64,000 nt of DNA from a virus (taxonomy: Duplodnaviria > Caudoviricetes). Shown piece after piece: positions 63,883 through 64,000 of this stretch (position 1 is its first letter; each line of letters begins with the position of its first letter). The notes below the pieces were generated by a model. It had not been told where the DNA came from. It worked only from the letters and a program-made list of their open reading frames with translations, and did no database searches. Location: the IMG/VR virus record IMGVR_UViG_3300037455_000250, positions 8,968 through 72,967 of that record; one strand, written 5' to 3'. A program made the position numbers and the translations under genes.

Positions 63883-64000
63883 ATGACAGAACTAATTGCA
63901 ATTCTTATACCTTGCTTTATGATTATTTTTCAGATTGTCGGTATGACATTTTTGTATTTCATACCTAACAAGTCAATCATAAAAGGGTTGAAAGAGTGGT
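63883..64000 (+). CDS. small membrane protein, truncated by the window end
   Basis: GGTGGTGA RBS; hydrophobic N-terminus. Confidence 0.5.
   Translation, partial: MTELIAILIPCFMIIFQIVGMTFLYFIPNKSIIKGLKEW

Noticed and set aside
1-64000. Stop-codon reassignment (alternative genetic code)
   Set aside because: Core genes are full length under the standard code, coding density is high, and the tRNA is an ordinary Gln(UUG)
59616-64000. Diversity-generating retroelement acting on tail genes
   Set aside because: No reverse transcriptase and no adenine-mismatched repeat pair seen in the window
1-64000. Prophage/lysogeny module
   Set aside because: No integrase, repressor pair, att site or host genes visible; lifestyle cannot be settled without the rest of the genome

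Overview
The window is a contiguous piece of an AT-rich tailed phage genome with siphovirus-type tail genes. Sigma-A-like promoters and AGGAG ribosome binding sites suggest a Bacillota (probably Clostridia) host. No integrase, repressor or lysis genes lie in the window. It has four blocks. (1) 1-30592 (+): replication and recombination genes. These are an initiator with iterons, helicase loader, DnaB, DnaG, SSB, family A polymerase, beta-clamp, a complete DnaX/HolB/HolA clamp loader, Cas4-like nuclease, RecU and RecA. Interleaved are seven glycosyl/nucleotidyl-transferase genes, a GIY-YIG homing endonuclease, tRNA-Gln and many small Zn-finger ORFs. (2) 30799-41203 (-): about 30 small early-type genes. 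(3) about 41300-42560: a non-coding divergent control region. (4) 42574-64000 (+): terminase, head and tail genes. Best leads: a T4 alpha-glucosyltransferase-like gene plus two TAGT-like glycosyltransferases, which suggests multi-step DNA glycosylation, possibly clamp-coupled; long inverted repeats bracketing early genes that pair better as RNA; a kissing-loop attenuator upstream of the initiator; a homing endonuclease that brought a recoded dnaX C-terminus; a 20-aa arginine-rich peptide; and a structured RNA enclosing the tRNA. All family assignments come from motif recognition by eye, with no database searches.
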